Below are positions 25,859 through 34,250 of a stretch of 64,000 nucleotides of DNA, one piece after another. The translations under genes were made by a program, and so were the position numbers. This DNA is from Gemmatimonadales bacterium (lineage in GTDB: Bacteria; Gemmatimonadota; Gemmatimonadetes; Gemmatimonadales; GWC2-71-9), in the NCBI GenBank assembly GCA_044867445.1, contig JBIOUY010000300.1:5435-69434 (forward strand). The letters are read 5' to 3'. Position 1 is the stretch's first letter, and the number at the start of each line of letters is the position of its first letter. Under the pieces are notes generated by a model. The model did no database searches and had not been told where the DNA came from. It was given only the letters and a program-made list of their open reading frames with translations.

Positions 25859-28329
25859 GCGGAAAACTCCACGATGGTGACCCCCGTGCCGCCCTGGTTG
25901 CGCGGCGCGAAGCCGTATCGGATCACCCGGCGATCGTTGGCGACGACCCGCCGGACTCGCTCGCGGACTACACCCGTGCCCATCCCGTGAATGATGCGCA
26001 GGAACGGCTGCTCCGCCAGCACCGCCGCGTCGACGGCGGCGACAGTGGCGGTTTCAGCTTCATCGCCGGTCATCCCACGGAGGTCGATTTCAAGGGAGGC
26101 GGGGGAGGACGCAGAGGACGCAGAGGACGCAGAGGACGCAGAGGACGCAGAGGCTGACCGCGACGGCGGAGCCGCGATCCGGATCGCCTGGTCGGCATCG
26201 ACCACCATTTTCATGGCACCGATGGCCACGACCAGCTTCCCGTCGGCTCGGATCTCGAGCACGTCGCCAGAACCACCACTTGCCAACCGGACCCGATCGC
26301 CAAGTCCTATCTCCCTGTCCGTCGTCTGCGTCCTCTGCGTCCTCTGCGTCCTCTCCGTCTCTTCCAACGCCCACCCTGCCTCCCGAATCCCCTCCTCTAC
26401 CATCCGTCTCGCCTCTCGCGCCGCGGCCTCGTCCACGGCAGTCCGCGCCGCACCCAAGGCCGCTTCCACGGTCTGCCTTGCCTCTAACAGGTATGCTCGC
26501 GCCTGCTGACGACCCAGCCGCTCGGCCTCCTTCTCCCTCTTCTTGAGTTCCAGCTCACGCGTAGCCTGGGATTCCCCTTGCACTTTGAGCCGCGCATCGA
26601 GTGAGTCGAGCTCGATCGTCCGCTCCTGCAGCGTCTGCTGTGCCGTCCGGAGTTCGCGTTCTCTCTCCTCCACCGCAGCGAGGAGCGCGTCGAGACTCCG
26701 CTCGGCGTGGGGCACGCGCGCTTCGGCATCGGCCAGGATGTCGGGGTCGACACCGAGCCTTCGCGCGATGGCTAAGCCGTAGGATCGTCCGGGCACGCCT
26801 TTGGCAAAGCGGTAGGTCGGCGTCAGGGTGGCCGCGTCGAACTGCAGTGAGGCATTGGCCACGCCGGGGGTGTGGCTCGCCAGGTCCTTGAGCGAGCCCA
26901 GGTGCGTGGTGCACAGAGTCAGGGCCCCCCGACGGGTCAGTGAGCCCAGAGCCGCCGCGGCGAGCGCGGACCCCTCGGCCGGGTCGGTTCCACTGCCAAC
27001 CTCGTCCAACAGAACCAAGGTGGCGGCGTCGGCTTCGTCCAACACCCGCCGGAGCATGCGCACGTGGGCGCTGAAGGTCGAGAGACTCGCGGCGATGGAT
27101 TGCCGGTCGCCGATATCGGCATACAAGCGTTGGAATACCGGCAGCCGGGTCTCCGCACCGACCGGTGGCACGATGCCACTCTGCGCCAGGGCCGCCGCCA
27201 GGCCCACCGCCTTGAGCAGCACCGTCTTCCCACCGGTATTGGGCCCGCTGATCAGGAGGGTTCGCTCGTCGACCGGCAGTTCCAGATCGAATGGCACGAC
27301 CGGCTCGGTTCCGGCAAGGAGGAGCGGATGGCGGCCGTGGTTCACGACCAGAGGCGCAGGCGCGGGCGACAAGGCCGGAACTTCGCCCTCGACCGCAACC
27401 GCGTAGCGTGCTCGAGCGACCAGATCATCCACCGCGACACACATCTCGACCAGATCGCGAAGGGTCGGAAGCTCCGGGCGAAGTAGATCGGTCAGTTCAC
27501 GCATCACCCGAAGGGACTCCCGCTCCTCCTCTGCCTCTGCGGTCCGCAAAGCATTGCCCAACTCGATGGCCTCGGAGGGCTCGATGAAGAGCGTGCCGGC
27601 GCTGCCCGATTCATCGTGGATGATTCCCGCCGGACGGCTGCGGGAGTCCCGTCGCACGGGAATGACGTACCGCCCACCGCGTACCGTGACCGAGGCATCA
27701 GTGGGGGCGGCCCCCTGCTCCAGTCCGCGCAACAGCGACTCCAGCTTGCGGAGCAGGCGCTGCCGCGCGGCCTGGACGTCCCGCCGCACGCTCGCCAGCC
27801 TGGGGCTCGCGCTGTCGAGCAGTGCCCCGTCCTGATCGACCGACAGTTCGAGCCGGCGCTCGATCGCCTTGTCAGGCAGCGGGCGCGCCAGCTCCGCCGA
27901 TCGAGGAGCCGTCTCGGCCACCCGGACGAGATCGGCGCGCACCTGACGAGCTGCCTGGAGCACCCGGTGGAGGGCCGCGAGCTCGGTTCCCTCGAGGACG
28001 CTGCCCTCGATCCGAAGCCGGCCCAGCGCGCGGGCGACGTGCGGGATCGGCTCGGCGAGTAAACCATCGCCCTGGCGAATCAGCGTCGCGACCTCGGCGG
28101 CCCGGCCGAGCTCGGTGCGAATCCAGTCGAGGTCGTCGGTCGGCCATCGGCTCCCTACCCGCTCGGCGCCCAGTGGGCCCGCGGCATGCGCCGCGACCAG
28201 CTCGAGGACCTGGGCGAATTCGATGGTTTCGAGCGCGTCGGCAGTTTGGCCGAGTGGCAAAGGCGACGGGGTGCCGGCCTCTATCGTGGCCAACACCCCG
28301 TTGGGAGAGACACGTTCTACCCGCGACAT
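25855..28329 (-). CDS. mutS2: endonuclease MutS2 (MutS-domain ATPase + Smr)
   Basis: Walker A GPNTGGKT, MutS domain V, KOW-like segment, and a C-terminal Smr domain (DLRGM...IIHGMGTGVVR). It carries two low-complexity linkers encoded by 9-bp repeats. Confidence 0.93.
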   Translation of the reverse strand: MSRVERVSPNGVLATIEAGTPSPLPLGQTADALETIEFAQVLELVAAHAAGPLGAERVGSRWPTDDLDWIRTELGRAAEVATLIRQGDGLLAEPIPHVARALGRLRIEGSVLEGTELAALHRVLQAARQVRADLVRVAETAPRSAELARPLPDKAIERRLELSVDQDGALLDSASPRLASVRRDVQAARQRLLRKLESLLRGLEQGAAPTDASVTVRGGRYVIPVRRDSRSRPAGIIHDESGSAGTLFIEPSEAIELGNALRTAEAEEERESLRVMRELTDLLRPELPTLRDLVEMCVAVDDLVARARYAVAVEGEVPALSPAPAPLVVNHGRHPLLLAGTEPVVPFDLELPVDERTLLISGPNTGGKTVLLKAVGLAAALAQSGIVPPVGAETRLPVFQRLYADIGDRQSIAASLSTFSAHVRMLRRVLDEADAATLVLLDEVGSGTDPAEGSALAAAALGSLTRRGALTLCTTHLGSLKDLASHTPGVANASLQFDAATLTPTYRFAKGVPGRSYGLAIARRLGVDPDILADAEARVPHAERSLDALLAAVEERERELRTAQQTLQERTIELDSLDARLKVQGESQATRELELKKREKEAERLGRQQARAYLLEARQTVEAALGAARTAVDEAAAREARRMVEEGIREAGWALEETERTQRTQRTQTTDREIGLGDRVRLASGGSGDVLEIRADGKLVVAIGAMKMVVDADQAIRIAAPPSRSASASSASSASSASSASSPASLEIDLRGMTGDEAETATVAAVDAAVLAEQPFLRIIHGMGTGVVRERVRRVVANDRRVIRYGFAPRNQGGTGVTIVEFSA
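26105..26153. repeat. 5 x 9-bp tandem repeat GAGGACGCA inside mutS2
   Basis: Read directly. It encodes (SSA)n on the minus strand, seen as SASASSASSASSASSASS. Confidence 0.9.
26327..26353. repeat. 3 x 9-bp tandem repeat TGCGTCCTC inside mutS2 (reverse complement of 26105 array)
   Basis: Read directly. It encodes TQRTQRTQ and can form a 27-bp perfect stem with the array 173 nt away. Confidence 0.9.
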
Positions 28330-28778
28330 CAGCTCGCCTGCAGCTCCTCGCGTGCGATCTGGTTGATCAGCTTGCCATCCGCCCGCCCCTTGTAGCGGGG
28401 CAGCACCTGCGACATCACCTTGCCGAGATCTTTGGCGCCGGCGCCTATCGCCTCGCGCACCGCCGCCCGGATCTCCGCTGGATCGACCTCGGGAGGAAGG
28501 AACTCCTCCAGGACCTTGATCTGGGCCTGCTCGCTGTCGGCGAGATCTTGCCGGCCGCCGGCCCGGTACTGCTCGATCGCCTCTCGGCGAAGCTTGATCC
28601 CCTTCCGCAACACGTCCACCACTTCATCGTCGCTCGCGGGCCGCCGGAGATCGATCTCGCGGTTCCGCAGATTGGCCAGGATGGTGCCCAATACCAGGGT
28701 TCGGTCCTTGTCCTGCGCCTTGCGGGCGGCGTTCATGGCGCCCCGCAGGGCCTGGGCCAGGCTAGGCCCGGGGGACAC
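28329..28778 (-). CDS. GatB/YqeY domain protein
   Basis: 149 aa, [11 protein letters not shown]...LRREAIEQY...[15 protein letters not shown]. Confidence 0.85.
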   Translation of the reverse strand: MSPGPSLAQALRGAMNAARKAQDKDRTLVLGTILANLRNREIDLRRPASDDEVVDVLRKGIKLRREAIEQYRAGGRQDLADSEQAQIKVLEEFLPPEVDPAEIRAAVREAIGAGAKDLGKVMSQVLPRYKGRADGKLINQIAREELQAS

Positions 28779-28959
28779 GGGGACCGCGGCGGTTCTTGCG
28801 CACGGCGGCGTTCATCTTCCGCTTGCGCTTTTCGCTCGGCTTCTCGAAGTGCCGATGCTTGCGCAGATCCGAGAGGATCCCCGCCTTCTCGCACTTCTTC
28901 TTGAACCGCTTGAGCGCCCGCTCAAAGCTCTCGTCATCGTGAATGATGACTTCCGGCAT
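28762..28959 (-). CDS. rpsU: 30S ribosomal protein S21
   Basis: [48 protein letters not shown]. Start is ATG 28959 inside the longer ORF-track frame. Confidence 0.95.
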   Translation of the reverse strand: MPEVIIHDDESFERALKRFKKKCEKAGILSDLRKHRHFEKPSEKRKRKMNAAVRKNRRGPRVPRA

Positions 28960-29055
28960 TTGCTGTCTCACCCCTCTCGGCCCGGTCAGGGCGGTAATCG
29001 GAACAAGCAGCCAAATGTACGGGGCCACGGGAGGGATGGCAAGCAGAGTTTGGAG

Positions 29056-29130
29056 GGCGGACGCTGAAGCGGCGGACGATGAGGAGGCGGTCGGAACAGA
29101 GGCGGACAGCACGGAGGCGGACGGCCAAGA
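29056..29130. repeat. 5 x 15-bp tandem repeat (GGCGGAC + 8 nt)
   Basis: GGCGGAC/GGCGGTC at 29056, 29071, 29086, 29101 and 29116, an exact 15-bp phase. Confidence 0.9.
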
Positions 29131-29200
29131 GCGGAAAGGGTACCGTCGGCACCAGCGAGGTTCGACTCGCTGCAAGGTAACTGCTACCGTACCAAGCGTG

Positions 29201-29568
29201 ATGCCCTATGAGAAGTTTGACGCCTGGCGCGCTGCTCATGAGCTTGCGCTGGAGGTCTACCGCGCTACCGACTCCTGGCCTAAGAACGAGCTCTTTGGGC
29301 TAACGAGTCAGACCAGGCGACGGCCCTCTCCGTGCCCACCAACATTGCGGAAGGTGCGGGTAAACGTGGCAAGGTAGAGTTCGGTCGCTACCTCAACATA
29401 GCGGTTGGATCGTCCTCGGAACTGTCTTATCTGCTTCGCTTCAGCAAGGATCGGGGTCTGCTCAGCGGCTCCGCGTGGGAATCGCTTGAGGCGGTCAGAG
29501 AACGCGCCAGCATCTTGCTCTGGCGCCTCTACCGATCCGTTCGCCTATCCAGGAAACAGTGTCGATGA
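29201..29568 (+). pseudogene. four-helix-bundle protein (23S rRNA intervening-sequence protein family), 1-nt frameshift
   Basis: Frame A reads [40 protein letters not shown]. Frame B continues ALSVPTNIAEGAGKRGKVEFGRYLNIAVGSSSELSYLL..., which carries the family NIAEG and GS..E signatures. The frames join if one base is restored near 29320-29323. Confidence 0.8.
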
Positions 29569-29576
29569 GAACTGCT

Positions 29577-29681
29577 CCTGCATCGTCCGCCTCTCTATCG
29601 TCCGCCTCTTCAGCGTCCGCCTCCCCATTGTCCGCCTCCCTACCGTCCGCCTCCCTACCGTCCGCCTCTCTATCGTCCGCC
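29577..29681. repeat. 7 x 15-bp tandem repeat (8 nt + GTCCGCC), mirror of 29056 array
   Basis: GTCCGCC at 29585, 29600, 29615, 29630, 29645, 29660 and 29675. The unit at 29607-29621 is complementary 14/15 to the unit at 29056-29070. Confidence 0.9.
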
Positions 29682-29699
29682 GCTTCATCGCCCCCGCCA

Positions 29700-30047
29700 T
29701 CACCCCGGCGGCCACCCCATCTTCCTCCCGCCAATCAGATGAAAATGCAGATGATCCACACTCTGCCGTGCGTCGGGCCCGGTGTTGGTCACGATCCGAT
29801 AACCACTCCGATCGATGCCCAGCTCGGTCGCGAGTTCCGCGGTGAACGTGAGCAGCTTGCCCAGCAACAGCTCATCCGCCTCTCCCCGGAACTCCCGTAC
29901 TGCCGCGAGATGCCGTACCGGCATCACCAGCACGTGAGTGGGCGCCTGAGGATCGATGTCCCGGAATGCTACGGCATAGTCAGTGCGTTTGACGATCTTC
30001 GCTGGAATCTCGCCCGCCGCGATCTTGCAGAAGAGACAGTCAGCCAT
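29700..30047 (-). CDS. HIT-family nucleotide hydrolase/transferase
   Basis: 115 aa, CLFCKI...HVLVMP...VDHLHFHLIGG (the HxHxHxx histidine triad). Confidence 0.9.
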   Translation of the reverse strand: MADCLFCKIAAGEIPAKIVKRTDYAVAFRDIDPQAPTHVLVMPVRHLAAVREFRGEADELLLGKLLTFTAELATELGIDRSGYRIVTNTGPDARQSVDHLHFHLIGGRKMGWPPG

Positions 30048-30759
30048 GGGCTCCCCGTAGTCTGGCGGTCACCACCGCCACAGCGGCCGCGAGCGCGGCC
30101 GTCTCGAATCGCAAGGTATGCTGCCCGAAAGACGTCGGCCGGTAGCCCCGCTCGATCAGACCGTTCCGCTCGGCGAGGCTGAAACCGCCCTCCGGACCCA
30201 CCACTACCGTGACCGGTTCCTGCTTGAGGACCGGCGGCGCTGGCTCGCCCGCCAGGTCGGCCAGCCAGTGCTCGCCTGATTTCGCGCGAGCCAGCAGCTC
30301 GGCGAGCCCGATGCCCGAATCGACTCTCGGCGCCCAGGCCGCGCCGCACTGCTTGATTGCCTCCAGCGCCCGGCGCCGAAGCTTCTCCAGGTGCACATCG
30401 CGCAGGCGGCTGCTGACCCCTGCCGTTCGCTCCGTCTCGAGTGGCACGACCGAGGTAACTCCCAGCTCGGCGGCCTTCTCCACCAGCCAGTCAAATCGCT
30501 CCCGGTCGCCTGCACCCACCACCAGGTTCAGCTCCGGAGGTTGCGGACGGCATGTCGCCGTGCTGACTTCGACCGCCCAGTCTCTTCCCTGCTTCACCAG
30601 CCGCCCGGTTCCAACCAGGCCGAACCCATCGCGGAGCTCGATGGATTCACCTTCCTTGGCCCGGCGCACCTGCAGGTGGTGCGACTCGCTTTCGTCCAGG
30701 GTGAGCTTCGCGCCCTGCTCCACCTCAACGCCGGCAGGAACCAACACCCGGTCCGTCAT
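30040..30759 (-). CDS. rsmE: 16S rRNA (uracil1498-N3)-methyltransferase
   Basis: PUA-like N-terminus (HHLQVRRAKEGE) and SPOUT C-terminus (VVGPEGGFSLAE...LRFETAA). Start at ATG 30759 forms an ATGA overlap with the prmA stop. Confidence 0.9.
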   Translation of the reverse strand: MTDRVLVPAGVEVEQGAKLTLDESESHHLQVRRAKEGESIELRDGFGLVGTGRLVKQGRDWAVEVSTATCRPQPPELNLVVGAGDRERFDWLVEKAAELGVTSVVPLETERTAGVSSRLRDVHLEKLRRRALEAIKQCGAAWAPRVDSGIGLAELLARAKSGEHWLADLAGEPAPPVLKQEPVTVVVGPEGGFSLAERNGLIERGYRPTSFGQHTLRFETAALAAAVAVVTARLRGAHG

Positions 30760-31586
30760 CGCGCCGCGGCCACTGCCCACCATTCCTCGTCTACCGTCTC
30801 CGCGATCGCCCTGAGCCCCGCGGCCGCGAGTACCGGGCGGAATGTCTCTGTCTCGGCAGTCTCCATGCCGGAAAAGATGACGGTCCCTCTCGGCGCGAGG
30901 GCAGCGACGATAGCGGGGAGCAGCTCCACGTTCACACTGCGGAGAATATTGGAGAGGATCAGGTCAGCCGGCCCGACCAGCGGTGCCAGATCTCCCGCGT
31001 CACCCTCGAGCAGCTCGATCTGACGGCTCACCTCGTTGCGGTCGGCGTTCCGGGCAGCAACCTGGTTGGCCTCCGCATCGGTCTCGATTGCGATCGCGCG
31101 AGCCGCTCCCAGCTTGACAGCGGCGATTGCGAGGATGCCGCTCCCGCTTCCTAGATCGAGCACCCGGTCGCCCGCACGCAGCAACCGCTCGAGCAGGGTC
31201 AGCGCGGCACGGGTAGAACCGTGCTCCCCGCTGCCAAAGGCGCTCTCGGGATCGAGCACGACGGTGAAACGGTCGGGTCGCGAGGCCTCGGGAATCCAGG
31301 AGGGTACTACTGTGAGGCGGCCGAACCGGCGAGCACCCAAGCCCTCACGCCACCGGACCGACCAGTCAACCTCTTCCAGCGGCCTGCGCGTGGCTGACAA
31401 TGGCTCGTCGCTCGCCAGCCTCAGCGCGGTGAGCAGTGCCTCGGCCGAAGGCTCGTCGGCTGCGAAGGTAACCAGCGTTCCATCAGGCCGCTCCTCGACC
31501 GCAAACCCGGTGTGGCTCACCAGCCAGGCGCTCATCCAGTCCAACTGTTCGGGGGAGGGGCGCAGATCGATGGCCCACCAGGTCAT
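30756..31586 (-). CDS. prmA: ribosomal protein L11 methyltransferase
   Basis: 276 aa, FGSGEHGSTR...VLDLGSGSGILAIAA...SNIL. Confidence 0.92.
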   Translation of the reverse strand: MTWWAIDLRPSPEQLDWMSAWLVSHTGFAVEERPDGTLVTFAADEPSAEALLTALRLASDEPLSATRRPLEEVDWSVRWREGLGARRFGRLTVVPSWIPEASRPDRFTVVLDPESAFGSGEHGSTRAALTLLERLLRAGDRVLDLGSGSGILAIAAVKLGAARAIAIETDAEANQVAARNADRNEVSRQIELLEGDAGDLAPLVGPADLILSNILRSVNVELLPAIVAALAPRGTVIFSGMETAETETFRPVLAAAGLRAIAETVDEEWWAVAAAR

Positions 31587-32710
31587 GCGCCAAGCGCTTC
31601 TTTGAGTTTCGACCAGAATCCTGGCGAACGCTTGGGGGGTTCGCCTTCCAGCTTGGCCAGCTCCCGGAAGAGTCGCTCCTGTTCTTCGTTGAGCCGCTCC
31701 GGGGTCCAGACATGCAAGCGTACCAGGAGATCGCCTTTGGAATTCTGTCCCAGCACCGGAAGGCCACGCCCCTTGAGCCGGACGACGGTCTCCGGCTGCG
31801 TTCCTCCCGGGACCTGCACGGTCTCCTCACCATAGGGAGTCGGGATCTCAACCTCACAGCCGAGCGCGGCCTGAGAAAAGGAGAGCGGCTGATCGTAGAT
31901 CAGGTCGTCGCCCTGGCGCTCGAACCGGCTGTCCTCCTTGATATCCAGCATGACCAGCAGATCGCCATTGGGCCCATTCCGCGGCCCGGCGGCCCCCTGC
32001 CCTCGAAGGGTCAAGTAGTTGTTGGATGAGACACCCGCCGGAATTTCCACCGCGACGGTTCGGTCGCCCCGGACCCGACCCTCCCCACGACACACCTCAC
32101 AGGGCTGCAGCACCACCTGGCCTTCACCGGCACAGGTGGGACAGGGCGAGACCGAGACGAACTGGCCAAACATGCTCCGCGCCGCGCGCCTCACCTCACC
32201 GGTGCCCCCGCAGGTGGAGCAGGTCGTCGGCTTGGTGCCGGGTTTGGCGCCGGTGCCGGCGCAGTTGCTGCATCGTTCGAGGGTTTTGAGCTTGACCGAT
32301 TTCTTCACACCAGTCGCGACCTCGGTGAGCGACAGCTTCACCGTCACGCGCACATCCTGTCCTCGCCGGGTGTCGGCGCGCTGGCGCCCGCCGCCGAAAA
32401 TGGACTCGAAGCCGCCCAGGCCGCCGAAATCGCGCATGAAGATGTTGAGCGCTTCGCTGAGATCCACGTGGTGGAACCCGTAGCCGCCGCCGGCACCGAC
32501 GCCTGCCTTGCCGTAGCGGTCGTAGGCCGCGCGCTTCTGCGGATCGCGCAGGACCTCATACGCTTCCGTGATCTCCTTGAACCGGGCCTCGGCCCCAGGC
32601 GCCGAGTTGCGGTCAGGGTGATACTCCATGGCCAGCTTCCGATAGGCCTTCTTGATCTCGGCCTCGGAGGCATCGTGGGAAACTCCAAGCAGGTCGTAGA
32701 ACTCGCTCAC
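31583..32710 (-). CDS. dnaJ: molecular chaperone DnaJ
   Basis: J domain (YDLLGV..AYRKLAMEYHPDRN), G/F region and 4 CxxCxGxG zinc motifs. Confidence 0.97.
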   Translation of the reverse strand: MSEFYDLLGVSHDASEAEIKKAYRKLAMEYHPDRNSAPGAEARFKEITEAYEVLRDPQKRAAYDRYGKAGVGAGGGYGFHHVDLSEALNIFMRDFGGLGGFESIFGGGRQRADTRRGQDVRVTVKLSLTEVATGVKKSVKLKTLERCSNCAGTGAKPGTKPTTCSTCGGTGEVRRAARSMFGQFVSVSPCPTCAGEGQVVLQPCEVCRGEGRVRGDRTVAVEIPAGVSSNNYLTLRGQGAAGPRNGPNGDLLVMLDIKEDSRFERQGDDLIYDQPLSFSQAALGCEVEIPTPYGEETVQVPGGTQPETVVRLKGRGLPVLGQNSKGDLLVRLHVWTPERLNEEQERLFRELAKLEGEPPKRSPGFWSKLKEALGA

Positions 32711-33735
32711 TCCAGCAATCCTTCCACCAGTCGGCTGGTGTGCTCCACCAGTCCGATGATTTTGTCGTATGGCATCCGGGTCGGGCCCATGACTCCGATG
32801 ACGCCCTTGAGATCTCCCACGTGGTAGGAGGAGGTCACCAGGGTGAAGTCGGTCAACCGCGTCTCGGTGTTTTCGGCTCCGATGGTGACCGAGAGCCCCC
32901 GCCGGCGCCGCGCCGCCAGCGCTTCCTTGAGAAGGTCCCGCCCTTCGGTCAAGCGCAGCAGCTCCCGCATCCGGGACTTAGATGCGAATTCGGGCTGATC
33001 GGCCAACATCTGGGCGCTGCCCAGCACCACGGCGTTCTGTTCCAGGTCGAAGATCTCTTCCCGTTCGGCGATAAAAATGTTCAGCAGCTCGGCGCCAGAG
33101 GACGGGCCCGCATCCCGCAACCGTTCGGTGATGCTGGCCCGGATCTCTCGCAGGGTCAGTCCGGCCAGGCGCTCGTTCAGAATTCGGCCAACCTCATAGA
33201 CCGTGGCCGGTGAGTGCCGGCTGGGAACCTCGACGAAAATCGTCCGAACCACTCCGCTGTGGAGATTGAACACCAGCAGCAAGCGCTCGACCGACACCGA
33301 CACCAACTCCAGTCGCTCCAGCACCAATTCATCGATGGCGGGAGCGACGGCAACACCCAGCTCCTGGGTGAGCACGCCCAAGACCTGGGCTGCCCGCCTC
33401 AGGATTTCCTCCACTGCCGTGCGCGAGCCGGACAGCTCCGCCCTGAGGGTGTTCTGGGCCTCATCGGTGAGCGGTGAGAGTCGCATGATCTCATTCACAT
33501 ACACCCGATAGGCCCGATCGGTAGGAATCCGGCCGGCCGAGGTATGGGGATGAAACAGATAGCCCTTGTCCTCCAGCTCGCTCATGGTGTTGCGGATCGT
33601 GGCAGGCGAGACACCCAAACCGAAGCGGCGGGCGATGGTCTGACTGCCCGCCGGCTCCGCCGTCTCAATATAGGTCTGCACGACCGCCTCCAGGACTCTG
33701 AGTTCCCGTTCGGTCAACTGGTCGGGGATCGGCAT
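32707..33735 (-). CDS. hrcA: heat-inducible transcription repressor HrcA
   Basis: LTERELRVLEAVVQTYIETAEPAGSQTIA...NTMSELEDKGYL. Start placed at ATG 33735. Confidence 0.93.
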   Translation of the reverse strand: MPIPDQLTERELRVLEAVVQTYIETAEPAGSQTIARRFGLGVSPATIRNTMSELEDKGYLFHPHTSAGRIPTDRAYRVYVNEIMRLSPLTDEAQNTLRAELSGSRTAVEEILRRAAQVLGVLTQELGVAVAPAIDELVLERLELVSVSVERLLLVFNLHSGVVRTIFVEVPSRHSPATVYEVGRILNERLAGLTLREIRASITERLRDAGPSSGAELLNIFIAEREEIFDLEQNAVVLGSAQMLADQPEFASKSRMRELLRLTEGRDLLKEALAARRRRGLSVTIGAENTETRLTDFTLVTSSYHVGDLKGVIGVMGPTRMPYDKIIGLVEHTSRLVEGLLE

Positions 33736-33887
33736 AGAGAAGAAAGTTATCGGCCTCCGGCATCGATTCAAAGCACGCCGGATGGTCCTGGGTTGACGCT
33801 CGTCCGCAGACTTCCTAGCGTGCAAAATCGCGGCGCTCACCGCGGCGAGTCACTCGCCATCTCGCCTCACATGAGGCAGGAGGACAT

Positions 33888-34250
33888 ATGGCCACCCGTA
33901 CCACGAGCTACACCCACACTATGGAACGATGTATCGAGAACTGTACCAACTGTCACCGGATCTGCCTGGAAACCACCGCGAGGCACTTCCGGGGAGAGAA
34001 GGATCCCAGCCTTAAGGAGATGCAGGTTCGACTGCTACTCGATTGCGCCGAGATTTGCCGCGTCAGCGCCGATTTCATGATCCGGGGGTCGGAGCTGCAT
34101 GTGCAGATCTGTCAGGCCTGCGGCACCATTTGCGATCGGTGCGCGGACGAATGCGATAAGCTGGGAGAGGAGCCGCACCTGGCGGCGTGCGCCGAGATCT
34201 GTCGCCGCTGTGCCGAGTCCTGCCGGGAAATGGCCGGAGTTACCCACTAG
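33888..34250 (+). CDS. Cys-rich four-helix-bundle copper-binding protein (DUF326-like)
   Basis: 120 aa with four repeats of the CxxxCxxC type (CIENCTNCHRIC, CAEICRVS, CQACGTICDRCADEC, CAEICRRCAESC). Strong SD AGGAGG 5 nt before the ATG. Confidence 0.8.
   Translation: MATRTTSYTHTMERCIENCTNCHRICLETTARHFRGEKDPSLKEMQVRLLLDCAEICRVSADFMIRGSELHVQICQACGTICDRCADECDKLGEEPHLAACAEICRRCAESCREMAGVTH

Noticed and set aside
29056-29681. Regularly spaced 15-bp repeats looked superficially CRISPR-like.
   Set aside because: The units are contiguous (7-nt core plus 8-nt degenerate filler) with no 25-40-nt unique spacers. The two arrays are mutually reverse-complementary, and there are no cas genes.
33736-33887. 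Possible CIRCE (HrcA operator) upstream of hrcA. The minus strand reads TTGCACGCT-N15-GAGCGTCAA.
   Set aside because: It is only loosely palindromic, has a 15-nt rather than the strict 9-nt spacer, and matches TTAGCACTC-N9-GAGTGCTAA poorly. I cannot support a CIRCE call.
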